Source: Felis catus
Lineage: Eukaryota
DNA: 64,000 nt
Assembly: GCF_018350175.1 (NCBI RefSeq)
Contig: NC_058368.1
Span: forward strand, 132,558,001-132,622,000
Direction: 5' to 3'
The position numbers and the translations under genes were made by a program. The notes beneath the pieces were generated by a model, which worked only from the letters and a program-made list of their open reading frames with translations, was not told the DNA's origin and made no database searches. Each line of letters begins with the position of its first letter. Position 1 is the stretch's first letter. Below, one piece after another: positions 1 through 12,858 of this stretch.

Positions 1-245
1 ACATTTATCAGTCCATGATGAATACAAGGAGCTATGAAAGAAGTAGGTGAGCTGTTATTTCTTTTTTGAAAAGATGATGTTTAAGCTGAGACCAAGATGA
101 GAAAGGTGTTAAATTTAATATGAATGATATAACTAGTTAGTAGTTAGGTGATACATGTTTACATATGCTAATGAATACCACTTATACTGTGAATAACCAT
201 TTAGGTCAATAGTCTAAAGTTTTGGGGGTTTGATTTGAATGAACG

Positions 246-464
246 TTTTTTTTTTAGAGTTTGTTTATTTTGAAAGAGAGAGAGAGACAGAGAGGGAGCA
301 TGAGCAGGGGAGGGGCAGAAGGAAAGAGAAAATCTCAAGCAGGCTCTGCACTGTCAATGCAGAGCCTGACAGGGGGCTTGAACCCACAAACCATGAGATA
401 GATCATGACCAGAGCCAAAACTAAGAGTTGGACACTTAACCAACTGAGTCACTTAGGTACCCCT
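246..464 (-). mobile_element. CanSINE
   Basis: Poly-T, (GA)n, reverse tRNA-like head. Confidence 0.85.
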
Positions 465-1547
465 GCATTTTCTGAAATATTTTACAAGTTTGTATGATTT
501 TTAATGTTATATTTTGGTCTTTATTTTGATGTGATCAAATGTCAGTCATTAGAAATAATTGAAAAAGATTTTCAGTAGTTAGCATGTTTCAGTAGTTTCA
601 ATAGTTAGGATGTCCTATCCACACTAAACTAAATTACATAAATTTTCCCTTTTTGTGCTTAATTTTTGCCTGTTAACTATTTGATATGTAGGCATTTTAC
701 TTGATATTTGAAATGAATTTGTATATTAATTTTTTAAATTCTTTCTAGATAGCTAAACAGTTCTAGCAGTTTATAATGTTGATTTCTTTGGCTGCATCCT
801 AATCTTTTTTTTTTAAACTAATATATCTGTATAGTCTTACATTAATAAACCAATTAATTGATTTTAGACTTAAATGTTTTAATATATGGTAAATCCAGTT
901 CTTCCTCATTTTTTCCCATTAATTTCCTTAGCTTATTTTTACTTGTTTTTCTAAACTTAGACACATTCTTTTATGTCCCAAGAACAAATCTTAGTTTTAA
1001 TTGGAATTTTAAAGAGCTATAGGTTAAGTGATACCTTTGTAATTTCTGTATAGAAAAATATTACTTACAGGTCCACTTATTGAACTTCCAGTGGCCAGTG
1101 ATTAGAACTGAGAGAGAAAGCTCACAAAGATTCTTTTGGTGTAAAATTATGGTTTGATGTTCAAAATGGTGCATCAAAACTTTTTTCTCTGTAAGGCTGA
1201 TATTTTGTTCACAGTGAAGTCACTCAGGATATTTTTTAAAGTCTTGTTCTCATATACCTTAAGCTTTAAAATTCCTTTCTTTTCCACTTTTTCTATTATG
1301 TGGTATATTACATTTACAGTTTTATAATGAGGTTGTAAATAAATCATGTAAGATTTTTTGTTATAAATTACTATTTTAGTAATATTTAATAATAGTTTAG
1401 TGTTATTTGGGGAAGTACATAATATTTAGGAAGCTTTTAGGTTATATTTGATGTTAGTATAGAATTGAAATATACTCTCAACTTGGGAATACTGGCCCAA
1501 AGCAATATTAATATTTTTCTTTCTTCTTTTTTTTTTTTAATTCACAG

Positions 1548-1616
1548 TGATGCGGTTAACTAAACCTACTTTATTCACCAATATTCCAGTAACATGTGAA
1601 GAAAAGGACTTACCTG
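1548..1616 (+). CDS. TRAPPC13: TRAPPC13 coding exon 2 ((V)[22 protein letters not shown](G))
   Basis: Polypyrimidine tract + cacag acceptor, gtatgc donor; translation matches the recalled TRAPPC13 N-terminus. Confidence 0.95.
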
Positions 1617-2130
1617 GTATGCTTTGTTCTGTTTGCACCTAGGGAAAAGTTGCAGCCTGGACTGCCTGTATTACCTAGCAATAAGCATAGTCTTGCCAGT
1701 CTCATGCTCTTTGCTGCATTCTTTATTGTCTGGTTTTATATGATGTGAGTGGTGGCTTTCTAAGTGGTAGGTCTCACTCATAATTTCTTAGCCAAGAGAC
1801 TGTTGCTATCCTATGGCAACAAGAGGAGTATATTCATAGTCATGATATTAAAATTTTATTTATCCTCAAATGTTCCATCAACATGTGTATTAGCATTCCC
1901 TTTATTTAAAATTATTGGAGTTATCTATATTTTATATTTCATGACCTTCATTTTCCTTTGTTTCTGAAGTGTTCATTCTCTGTGAAAGTAGAATTTTTTG
2001 GCACACATTTGTTGTAGTGAAGGTTACAAACTAAATTTTTTTTAATTAAATATTTCTCCCAGCTATTACTTTAATGGAAGTAAAACTCACAACATAGATG
2101 TTAGAATTTTCTGTTTTTCTCTTTCTATAG

Positions 2131-2230
2131 GAGATCTCTTTAACCAACTCATGAGAGATGATCCTTCAACCGTAAATGGTGCAGAAATTTTAATGTTGGG
2201 AGAAATGTTGACTTTACCACAGAATTTTGG
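2131..2230 (+). CDS. TRAPPC13: TRAPPC13 exon 3 ([32 protein letters not shown](G))
   Basis: ctatag acceptor, gtaaga donor, 100 nt, phase consistent with neighbours. Confidence 0.95.
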
Positions 2231-3354
2231 GTAAGAATGATAACATTGACATAAAGCATGCAACAGTACTTCAAAGCCATTACAAATTATGTTTTCATAA
2301 AATAACTATGGAATGGAAAAATACTCCTGTACATTTAAGTGGTGTAAAAAAAAAAAAAAAAAGTTTTACCAAAATTATACTATATGATTCGGGGCAGTTT
2401 TTATTTAAAAAAAAAGAAAGAAAGAAAAGAAACCTACCAAAATATGAATAGGGGTTTCTAGGATGATAAAATTTTAACTTTCTTCTTTAGATCTTACTGT
2501 ATTTTTTAATGACCATGTATTCCTTTTATTTTAACTGACTTAATCTAAATGTCTTTCAGAAGCAACTTTTTGTTCACTTACACAGCTCTTTCCCAGCATA
2601 AGTTATCAGACATATCTTTTTATTAGGAACTCTCAATTTTTATTCCTTCTTACTGCTAGCTCTTCTCTTATTCTAGTTTATTAATGAGGTAGAAGCTTCT
2701 GGTTTCACTGTGTTTGCAACTGAGAGTATTTAAGACCACATGGAATTTTTCAGGTTTTTAAAAAAAGGTATACAGAATGTGACTAGTGTCTTGAAAGCTT
2801 GGAAATATATTTATATAAAAAATTCATGTAAAATATTTTTGTATTTTTTTTGTAATACATATTTATAAACATGTATTTTTATAAAATATACTTCAATAAA
2901 AGCATAAGGTAAATCCAGTAATCATTATTTGTATTAGAACAACCTAGAAAAATAAAACAAATTGGTAAAAAATACTGATACCAATTACTTGGGTCTCCTC
3001 TAGATTCAGGGAATAAGTTATTTCAAAAATTGTCTTTTTCTAGCCTCTTAAGTAATTAGTCAAAAGACCTTTAACATGGATCTGATTTTAGTGGCTTATA
3101 TCTGAGGAAACTGGCTGTGCAGTAGTTGAGGGCTAGATATATATCATGTTTTATAGAATAAGTCAGTATTTTGAATTGTACTGGGTAATGAATGAGCTGT
3201 CTAAGGTACACAAAGGAATGCTGAAGTGGTATTTCAACTGATCTCTATCCTTTAGTAAATTCTTCTCCATTTAAAGTTCTCAGTGGTGTTCAAGTAGAAT
3301 ATTTGTGTTAAAACTCGAATGCATTTCTGCCTAAAAGTTTATTTTATTTCACAG

Positions 3355-3439
3355 GAATATATTTTTGGGAGAGACCTTTTCCAGTTATATCAGCGTTCAT
3401 AATGATAGCAATCAAGTTGTTAAAGATATATTAGTAAAA
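3355..3439 (+). CDS. TRAPPC13: TRAPPC13 exon 4 ([28 protein letters not shown])
   Basis: tcacag acceptor, gtaagt donor, 85 nt. Confidence 0.95.
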
Positions 3440-3533
3440 GTAAGTGGCATTCTTGTTTGGGATATATATTTTTTTTAGCTTGTTAATTTCTATTCTTATG
3501 TTTCTGAAACTTCATTAAAATGCATTTGATCCT

Positions 3534-3754
3534 GGGGGCGCCTGGGTGGCGCAGTCGGTTAAGCGTCCGACTTCAGCCAGGTCACGATCTCGCGGTCCGT
3601 GGGTTCGAGCCCCGTGTCGGGCTCTGGGCTGATGGCTCGGAGCCTGGAGCCTGCTTCCAGTTCTGTGTCTCCCTCTCTCTCTGCCCCTCCCCCGTTCATG
3701 CTCTGTCTCTCTCTGTCTCAAAAATAAATAAACGTTAAAAAAAAAAAATTAAAA
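3534..3754 (+). mobile_element. Young SINEC_Fc-type CanSINE, about 95 bp downstream of TRAPPC13 exon 4
   Basis: ggggcgcctgggtggcgcagtcggttaagcgtccgact head; TSD aaaatgcatttgat. Confidence 0.93.
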
Positions 3755-4508
3755 AAAATGCATTTGATACTGGACTTGTTAATTGTCATTAACAACAAGC
3801 ATTAACTGAACTGCTAAAGCTTTAAGATACTATGCTAAGCACAGAATCATTTTTCCTTGTCCTCCAAGGTTTGATAGTGCTTTTTGGCTTGTATCTTAGT
3901 TGTGGTGTCTGTATCCCTATCCCTGTTTTGTTACTGTTTCCATTTGCCTGAAGTGCTTTTGTCCATCTTTTTAATTTTAGCCTTTAGCAATTATTTTTAT
4001 TTATGTCTCTTTTATACAACATATAGCTGGGTCATTGTGAGCTGTATGGGATTTTTTATTAGATGAATTAAGTGCACTCACATGTATGTATAAGTTTATG
4101 TGCTTGATTTCCAATATGTCACATTATTTTCTATTTAAATATTAAGTGTATTATATTCTAACTGCTATGGGTTTTTTCTTCACACAATGTGTTTTCATTA
4201 TTTTCAAATAATTTTTGTATATAGGAAGGTTTTTATTTTTGTTTTAGTTTTTGCCTTTATATTTATGCCTTTTATGATATTTCCCCTTACCTGTTTCTTA
4301 CTTAACTGCTTACTGTAAAGCTTTTAGTCTTTAATATCCTTTATCTCTTACCTATTGCTCATACCACTTTCCTTTTTCCCTTTCTCATCTCTTCCCATTT
4401 TTATTTGCATATTGATTGGACAGAGATTTCTCAAGTAGATTGCTCAGGACATGCTTGTGGGTATAATATTCTCTGAGCCTTTACATGTTCAAAAATGGTT
4501 CTATACTT

Positions 4509-4727
4509 GGGGTGCCTGGGTAGCTCAGTTGGCTAAGCATCTGACTTTGCTCAGGTCATGATCTCACAGTTTGTGAGTTCGAGCCCCACGTCGGGCTCTG
4601 TGCTGATGGCTTGGAGCCTGGAGCCTGGAGCCTGCTTCAGATTCTGTGTCTCCCTCTCTCTGCCCCTCACCCACTCACACTCTGTCTCGTTCTCTCAAAA
4701 CTAAATAAACATTAAAAAAAATAATTA
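4509..4727 (+). mobile_element. CanSINE
   Basis: Head, CT tract, A tail; TSD aaaaatggttctatacttg. Confidence 0.9.
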
Positions 4728-4847
4728 AAAAATGGTTCTATACTTGAAGGACAGTTTGGCTGGATATAAAATCCTTTGTTTACATTTTCTTTGTGTTTTC
4801 TGAAAATGCTACTCCTTTGTTACTTAGCTATATATGTTGTGGGGTTT

Positions 4848-5045
4848 TTTCTCTTTTTAAATGTTTATTTTTATTTTTGAGAGAAAGTGTGAGCGGGGGT
4901 GGGGCAGAGAGAGAGAGGGAGACAAAGGATCCCAACCAGGCTCTACACTGACAGCAACAAGCCCAATTCAGGGCTCAAACTCACAAACCACAAGATCATG
5001 ACCTGAGCCAAAGTCAGACACTCAGCTGAGCCACCCAGGTACCCC
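4848..5045 (-). mobile_element. CanSINE
   Basis: Reverse-oriented head ends gccacccaggtacccc. Confidence 0.88.
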
Positions 5046-5456
5046 TGTATATGTTATTTTTGAGGGGACTAATGCCAGTCTAATTTTTTTGCTTTTTAAG
5101 TTATTTGATAATTTTTTCCTGGTGGCCCTGGGGATTTTTTTTTTCTGTATGTTTTAGAATTGGTCTTTTGATATAATATCTCTGATACCAAGTGGACTCT
5201 TTCAAAATGTAGATTTAGATCTGTTATTGCTAGAAAGTTTTCATGGATTATATTTTAATAGTTTTATTCCATTATTTCCTTTGGCATATCACATTTTTAA
5301 TATGATTTGTATCTTTTCTATCTTTATCTTTCCTGAATTCAATCAATTATTTACATTCTTCTCTAAAAAAAAATTTAGCCCCACACTAAAGCAACAACAG
5401 TAACAAAACAACAAACCAAAAAATGTTTAGCCTTAGTTTTAAAATTTCTCATTTCT

Positions 5457-5645
5457 GGAGTGCCTGGGTGGCTCAGCCAGTTAAGCAGCCAACTCTTGAT
5501 TTTGGCTCAGGTCATAATGTCACAGTTGTGAGTTCAAGCCCTGCATTAAGCTTTGTGCTCACAGTGTGGAGCCTGCTTCCAATTCTCTGTCTCCCTCAAT
5601 CTTCCCCTCCCCACTCTCAAAAATAAATAAACATTAAAAAACTTT
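5457..5645 (+). mobile_element. CanSINE
   Basis: Head gtgcctgggtggctcag, A tail. Confidence 0.85.
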
Positions 5646-6525
5646 TAAAGTTCTCATTCCAGGTGTTTTTTCATATTTCAAAAATTTTTTGAGAGTATTT
5701 AATTCACTTTGAGTGTTTTACAGTTTTCTTCTGCTTCACTATTGGTTTTGTGCGGCATTTTTTATCAGTGAATTATTTCATTTCTTATCTTTCTTCTTTT
5801 TACAATATTTTTGTATAGATGAAGACAATTGGTGGCTTTTGATTCTGTGAAATGCAGTTTGGTTGCTTTGATATTCCTTATTCAAAAACACCCTCTTAAA
5901 GCAGTGGGAGCAAAGTATGGTTTCTTTATCGGGTAGATTTTGGTAGAGTAAGAAAGGGTTGTGTGTTCTCACATTTTCGCTTTTCATATGAATTGTAGTG
6001 TCCTAAATTTTTCTTCCTCACTGCACAGTTTCCAAAAAGCGTCTCTCTTTTTTTAACTCTTTTTCTCCTGAAGTGTTTTCTTGCCAAGAGTGTCTCTTCA
6101 CAAACATGGTTAAGACCCTTTCCTGAAGACTGTACTCTCATCTTCCAGAAATGCTATTTATTTCTCAGTACTTTCACACTTAGAATAGACTTTGTCTTTC
6201 TGGAAATGGTTTAGATCATCTCTACTCTTCTCTCTATTCTTAGCTGTCTCTTCAGCTCAACTTTTCCTGGACTTTTCTTAATCTTTGCAAAGGCTCATGG
6301 CAAGAGTATGAGAAACAGCTTGTAAAAATTTGGTATGTGTATACTTATAGGTAATTTGAAGTTTGGACTTTTGCTGCCTTCTGATTATACGAACACAAGG
6401 TTTAATATAGATTTATTTGCTTTTGTTGTGTGTTTTGTTTCTGTTTTGAGGATGACTTGAGAAGTTCACAATTACACTGCTGCTATTACCTCAGCTACCC
6501 AGAAATCTACCCTCAAAGGTTTAAC

Positions 6526-6733
6526 TTTTTTTTAAGGTTATTCATTTATTTTTGAGAGAGAGAGAGAGAGAGAGCATGAGCAGGGGAGGGGCAGAGAGAG
6601 AGGGAGAAAATCCAAAGCAGGCTCCACACTGTCAGCAAAGAGCCCCACTCAGTGTGGGGCTGGAATTTACAGACTGTGAAATTGTGAGCTGAGCCAAAGT
6701 CAGATGCTTAACTGACTGAGCCACCCAGGTGCC
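6526..6733 (-). mobile_element. CanSINE
   Basis: Reverse head, (GA)n. Confidence 0.85.
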
Positions 6734-6889
6734 TCAAAGCTTTAATTTTGTATAGCTCTTCAATTTTGGAATCCTGGAAAAGAGACTGTGAATCTGTACT
6801 TTTTTTATTCTTTTACTATCAGCTTAGTGTTGTTTTTGAGAATAAATATGCTTATAATAATCTACCATGTTTAACTAGAAACCACTAGG

Positions 6890-7247
6890 GTTTTTTGTTT
6901 TTGTTTTTGTTTTTTTTGGGGGGGGGGCAAGTGAGTAAGGGGCAAAGAGAGAGAGAGAAAGGGAGAGAGAGAAGCAGGCCTCATCTCAAGCAGGACTTGA
7001 ACTCAGGAACCCTGAGATCATGACCTGAGCCGAAGTCAGATGCTTGACCAACTGAGCCATAAGTTTTTTGGGTTTTTTTTAAATGTTTATCTTGAGAGAG
7101 AGAAAGCATGTGCATGAGTGGAGGAGGGAGAGAGAGAATCCCACAGAGCCCGACGTGGGCCTTAATCCCACAAACCGTGAGTGAGATCATGACTTGAGCC
7201 AAAATCAAAAGTCACATGCCTAACTGACTGAGTCACCCAGGCACCCC
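6890..7247 (-). mobile_element. Two tandem CanSINEs (about 6890-7058 and 7070-7247)
   Basis: Two gatcatgac(c/t)tgagcc cores, each preceded by a T tract. Confidence 0.8.
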
Positions 7248-7394
7248 TATTTGTTTGGTTTTTAATTGATAAAAAAAAAATTCCGTGTCTGAAAACTTTA
7301 GCATGTTACATAAAAAAAATAGTGTTCTATAACCAAAACCATGTACTTAGTATGCTGTAAACGAAAAATAATAGATAACCCTTATGGTCTATAC

Positions 7395-7522
7395 CAGTCG
7401 TTTATTAATATCATGTGGAGGGCTTGTTAAAATGCTGATTGCTGAGGCTTATTCCCAGAGCTTCTGATGTGATCAGCTGAAATGGTGCCCAAGAATTTCT
7501 ATTTCTAATGTGTTCCAGGTAC
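7395..7522. mobile_element. MER5A-like fragment
   Basis: ggagggcttgttaaaatgctgattgctg...cccagagcttctga...agaatttctatttctaa. Confidence 0.55.
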
Positions 7523-7649
7523 ATTCCTAGTTGCTAGAGTTACAGCAGGAAACAGACAAGGCCTCTATTCTCTTGAAGCTTATTCTAGATCTTTGAAATT
7601 TTTTTCTCTCTTCCTGAATATAAATCCCTTAATTATACCAAACTCTTTC

Positions 7650-7889
7650 TTTTTTTTTTTAATTAAAAAAAAATTTTTTTTACTGTTTATTTTTGAGAGA
7701 GGGAGAGAGTGTGTGAACGGGGGGGGGGGGGGGGGGGGGGGGGGAGCAGAGAGAGGGAGACAGAGGATCCAAAGCGAGCTCTGTGCTGACAGCAAGGAGC
7801 CCCATGCAGGGCTCAAACCCATGAATCATAGATCATGACCTGAGCTGAAGTTGAATGTTTAACCAATTGAGCCAACCACACATGCCCCC
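7650..7889 (-). mobile_element. CanSINE with expanded G26 run
   Basis: TSD ccaaactctttctt; G homopolymer at 7719-7744. Confidence 0.88.
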
Positions 7890-9887
7890 CAAACTCTTTC
7901 TTAATGGCCTCTGAAGACTTACCTGAAATGCTTCCTTCTCTCCTCACCTTCCCCTTGGCCTGTTCAAATTCTACTCATCCAAAAACGAATTTGCAGCATA
8001 GAGCCTATCCTGCATTTTAAATTGTATTCTCCTACCCCAAGCCAGCCTTCCATTTCTTCTATTATTTTCCCCAAACATTTCAATTCATCAGGGGCAGGGA
8101 TTTGGGTCTGTTTTGTTTACTGATGTTTCTCCAGCTCCTGGAGAAGTCTTGGCAGAGAGAATAAGGAAATAAATGTTTGGTGCAGCACTGTTTATAATAG
8201 TGAAAAAGGAGAAAGATAAAAATGTTCAGCCATATATAAATTAATACTGTTATTATTATGATTAATGTTTACAAAATGACACACAGGAAAACATATTGGA
8301 CAGAAAGTCCATGAGTTTGGCTGTTTCTTTTTTTTCCCCTTCTCTGATTTCTAAAATGTTTAAGAAATTTTTAATCTCACCCCCATTACTTATTAGTTGT
8401 ATAACCTTGGGGAAGTTGTTACTTCTCTGTGCCTTGGAGGAATAGTGGGACTAGTAGGAATAGTACAACTATTAGGAATATAGGAATAGGAATAGCACGA
8501 TTACCTACTTTAGGATTGTGACTATTGAGTGATAATGTGCTTAGAGCAAGGCCTTGCACATGGAAGGTACCCAATAAATTTTTGTACTACTATTATATAA
8601 CTGAATATAATGACCAAAGACATACCACTAATAAGTATCCCACTTCAAAGTGCCTAGCATTAAGAACGTTAGATTAGAATTAACTGTAGAAAATCTGTTA
8701 GTTTTTTTTTTTTTAAAGAAACAGAAACTTGGAATCCTAGCTTTTATGTAAAAACCTCCCCAATCCCCATGGCCGAACGTGATCTTCACTTTCTCTGAAT
8801 TTTTCTTAACATTTCCTTCAACGTGTTATCATAACTTCATTCAGTGTTTAACAGATATTTCTTAATTGCCTACCATGATGTCAGGCATCAGGTTGTAGTA
8901 GTGAGCAACGGAAGATAGAGGTTCCTGCCTTCACAGACCTTACATTTCTGGTAGGGTAGGCAGAAACAGGGATACAAAATCATGTAAATAAGGTAACTAT
9001 AGATTGTAGTAAATGTTACAAGGGAAGTTAAGTTTGATTGTGACAAAGTAAGTGAGATTAAGGGAGCATGCCATTTATGACAGAGTGAGAAGTGTTCAAA
9101 AAGAAAGAAAAAGGGGAACAAAATAGAAAGCAACTGGGTGTTTAGAGAAGGTAGTCCTTTCAAAAAAGGACTCAAAGGCTTTTGATGACTTTAATGCTGA
9201 TCTCTAGTTGTACAGATAACATCTAATATTGTTTTGAATAGTTATTTTTATTTTAGTATTATATACACACATCTATCTGTATTTGTTTCTGGAATACCCA
9301 TCTGTATATGTGTTTTACAATCATATGTTCATATTGATGCCTCAAATTCCAACTCAGCATCAAAAGTTCATTGCAGCCTTTTCCATTTTTTTATTTGTAC
9401 TTTCTTTTTCTCCAAAAGTGAGAAACTTCTCTCTTGTTATCCATATTTTTTTGTTTAGTCTTAGCATACACATAACCGTTTCAGAATTGCTAACCCATAC
9501 CCTGTGAACAAGCAAATGTACTAGCTAGAGTACATTCTAGCTAGTGTACCATTCTTTTTGTCTCTAGCTTTTGTTTGCCAGACTTACTTAGGTTAGTTCA
9601 TTTTTTGTCACCCTTTCCCCCTGACTATGATTGTGTTCATTTGGTACTTTTTGTGTTCCATTCCACATTCCCCCTGCCCTCCTGGCTGATTGTATTTAAT
9701 TTTGGTGCGTGTGAACCATTACCATGGTTCTAAGCTTCAGAACTAAGTAGAAAGATTGCCACCAAGAAGTATTGCTCCCCCTCAATCCTACTTCCTTGTT
9801 CCTGTTCCCTTGGTCTTTTCACCCATACCTATCCACATCCTGTAGTGAACCAGTCTCATTTGGATTTTTCTGCCTCTTTCTTTCAAG

Positions 9888-10015
9888 GCTGATCTTCAGA
9901 CAAGTTCTCAGCGTTTAAATCTTTCAGCCTCCAATGCTGCAGTGGCTGAACTTAAACCTGATTGTTGTATTGATGATGTCATACATCATGAAGTAAAGGA
10001 AATTGGAACACACAT
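9888..10015 (+). CDS. TRAPPC13: TRAPPC13 exon 5 ([42 protein letters not shown](I))
   Basis: tttcaag acceptor (AAG type), gtaagg donor, 128 nt. Confidence 0.95.
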
Positions 10016-11269
10016 GTAAGGATTAATTTTACTAGTTCTCAAAGACTTTTTCTTATATATGCCAGTATTTGAAATTTTTACTGTATGCCCACTTATCATT
10101 AAACCCTAAGACCCTACTTCAGAAGCAATTTTATGTTCCAGGTTTACATGCTTACCAGAAACAAACTTTAAACAAAATGTTTGTTTTGTAAGGAAAAATA
10201 TCTTGATTTATTTTCATTTATTTTTAGTTTCCTATTTGCATCTGTAGACAGCCCTATCCAAAAAATAACAAGCCATGCAAACATTTAAAACCCAGGTACC
10301 ACCCTGACTGAAAGTATGTTTATTATTTTTCAAATGCTGACAACGGATGTTAATAGCAGTTAATTAACTGATGTTAATTTTAAAGTCATGGTTTTTCAGT
10401 TACGTATTTAACTGTGTTTGTATACTCTACCCTGAGAATTCAGAAAAACAGAACCAAAGTAAGACAAGCTATAAGAAAAAAAATCTCAAATTCTGTATTC
10501 CTGGCCTTTATATGTATTTGAATATGAGTGCTCTATTTTCCTGTCTGAGAGGCAAATACGAAAATTTCAGCCATCTAAAGTAATTTTAGGCTTCTCCATC
10601 TGCCTTACCACCCCCACATCCAATCATTTTACAAAGTCCTGTTCTTACTAACTATATGTCATTATCCTCCCTTCTTCATCTCCACTTAACATCACCATTT
10701 TTGCCTCTCTTCTTTGACTTAAAGAAGTATATAATATTAGCTATTAATCATTTCAATTTGGTGACCTCTCTTTTGTAGGCACTTCTTAGTGCATATACTC
10801 TGTGGTTGATACAAGCCTTAGAGTCAAAATTTAAAGATTTCAGATTCCAGCTTCATCATTTATTAATTATGTGGTCTTGGATAAGTCACTTAACTCTTCA
10901 CTGACTTCCCACTACCCTTAGAAAATTCTGACTGCTTTGGCTTTACAGAGTTCTCTAGAGCCTAATCCTTACCAGCTGCTCTAGTTCTTACCTTTTCTCC
11001 TTCCTCCCTCTTTCTTTATACTGAGTCATACAGATGTTTCCTTTCTCCTCTGTGACTGGAAATATACTCTTCCCTCACAAAGGAATGCCTTTGTTATTTT
11101 GTTTACCTTAGTACTACTTCTTCATCTCTCTGATTCACCACAACTTTCTCAAAGAGGCTTTCCTGACCTCCTACACTAGACCCCTTTTTATGTATTCTAT
11201 AGCATTCACAACTTACCATTGTTTTGGTCTTGTACTTAAAATTAATTACTTAGTACCTGTCATTTCCAT

Positions 11270-11304
11270 TACACTTGATCTTAGCCAAAAGGCCGAGAAG
11301 CGAT
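11270..11304 (-). pseudogene. U2 snRNA 5' fragment (nt 1-35), tailless retropseudogene
   Basis: Reverse complement ATCGCTTCTCGGCCTTTTGGCTAAGATCAAGTGTA equals the U2 5' end; direct repeats ctgtcatttccatta at 11257-11271 and 11306-11320. Confidence 0.93.
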
Positions 11305-12785
11305 TCTGTCATTTCCATTAGAGTATGAGTTCCATGGAGTCAGCTACCAGAAGATCTACCAGAGAACAGTAGTCAACCTTTGTTGAAATTGAGTTTACCA
11401 AAATGATATTAAATGCGTTAAATCCTCCTTTTAGAGAAAAAGAGACTCTTGTAGAATTAAATAACTCATAAATAATGACATGGAGCTCAAATCTATATCT
11501 GGCTTCAAAAAACTCATATCCTTGCTATTACTGCTTCCTACCGCGAGCACTTGAGAGCAGTTACTGTGCTTTGATCAACTCTGTATCCCTAGTATCTGGC
11601 TTATGGACAGTTACAAAGGAAAAATTAAATTACCTGTAATATCACCACTGATATCATATCACCACTATGAAAACATTAGTGTACTATTTTCCAGTCTTGT
11701 AAATGTTCATATATATATATATGAACATATATATATGAACATATATATATTATGAGTCACTTGAGTCAGTATTCTTTGAAAACATTATTTTTAAGATGGT
11801 TTTATCTTAGATACTTGGACCATATTCTTTAAATTTGTTTACCCTAATGTTGGACTTCACATTATTTCTAGTCTCCCACTATTAGAAATAACACAGTGAT
11901 AAGTTATTAACACAGTATGAGTTATTTCACACAGTGATGAATTAAATAACATAGTATTTCCTATGGTAGATTGCTTGAAGTGGGTTTACTATAGGAGCAT
12001 GTAAGGATTTTAAGACTGTTAGAGATTGTTTTCTAAATTTCTTACAACCACTAGCAATATAGATAGAGTCAGTTTCTCTATACCCTTGCCAACCTTGATG
12101 ACATGTGTAAAGAATTTTTTCCAAATCTTAAGAGGTAGAAAAATTTTACCTCATTATTTTATTTCTTTGACTACTTGTGAGGCTGAACATTTTCACATTT
12201 TTGTTAGCCTGTTCTGGTGCTGTGATTTACCTATGTATATCCTTTCCCTCTCTTTTGAGTAAGATACTAATATTTTATTTACAAGAATTTCTCTTCATAA
12301 TGTTAGAAGTATTTTATCCCATTTTGTCTGCTTTCTAATTTTGTTTCAGTGTTTTTTATTTATTCAGTTTGTGAATTTATAAGACTCTTTTCCTTTCCAT
12401 TGCCCTTTAATATTAAAAAGTCTTTCCCTGTCCTGAAATTTTGGTTTTGTAATTTTTTTTCTTGTAATTGTTGTGAACTTACTTTGTACGCTCAACTATT
12501 TGATTATTCTGGGATTTATTTTGGAATATATTTCACCTTTTGAAGGAAAAGTTTCTGACTTCCTGCTCCAAAAGAGTATATTTAATTTTGCTAATTAGAA
12601 CTTTCTTGTTCATGGAATTATATTATCTGCTGAAACTCTTTTTTTCCTACTCTAGGCCTGTTTGGCTATACCTACACGTTATTGGTATTAATGTTTTTCC
12701 AGATTTGTGAGTAGAATTGAGGTGTATTGGATTTATTATTTAAAAACAAAATTGAAGATGATTCAGAGGTATCTTTCTATTTCAG

Positions 12786-12858
12786 CCTGGTGTGTGCAGT
12801 GAGCTATACAACTCAGGGTGGAGAAAAAATGTATTTTAGAAAATTCTTCAAATTTCAG
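12786..12858 (+). CDS. TRAPPC13: TRAPPC13 exon 6 ([24 protein letters not shown])
   Basis: tttcag acceptor, gtatta donor, 73 nt. Confidence 0.95.

Larger units (their letters stand above)
4380..6450 (-). mobile_element. Ancient L1/HAL1-like remnant interrupted by three SINEs
   Basis: gaaggacagtttggctggatataaaatcc, gccagtctaattttttt motifs; very T-rich. Confidence 0.4.

Noticed and set aside
1..1547. SHLD3 or the TRAPPC13 first exon/promoter (SHLD3 is known to lie in TRAPPC13 intron 1)
   Set aside because: No long ORF or CpG island here; both should be upstream of the window
3520..3738. Recurrent ORF GAPGWRSRLSVRLQPGHDLAV... (also at 33483, 61919; reverse frames at 3515, 56790)
   Set aside because: Translation of young SINEC_Fc copies, not a protein family
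11270..11304. Functional U2 snRNA gene
   Set aside because: Only 35 of about 190 nt, no Sm site, and TSD-flanked; it is a pseudogene
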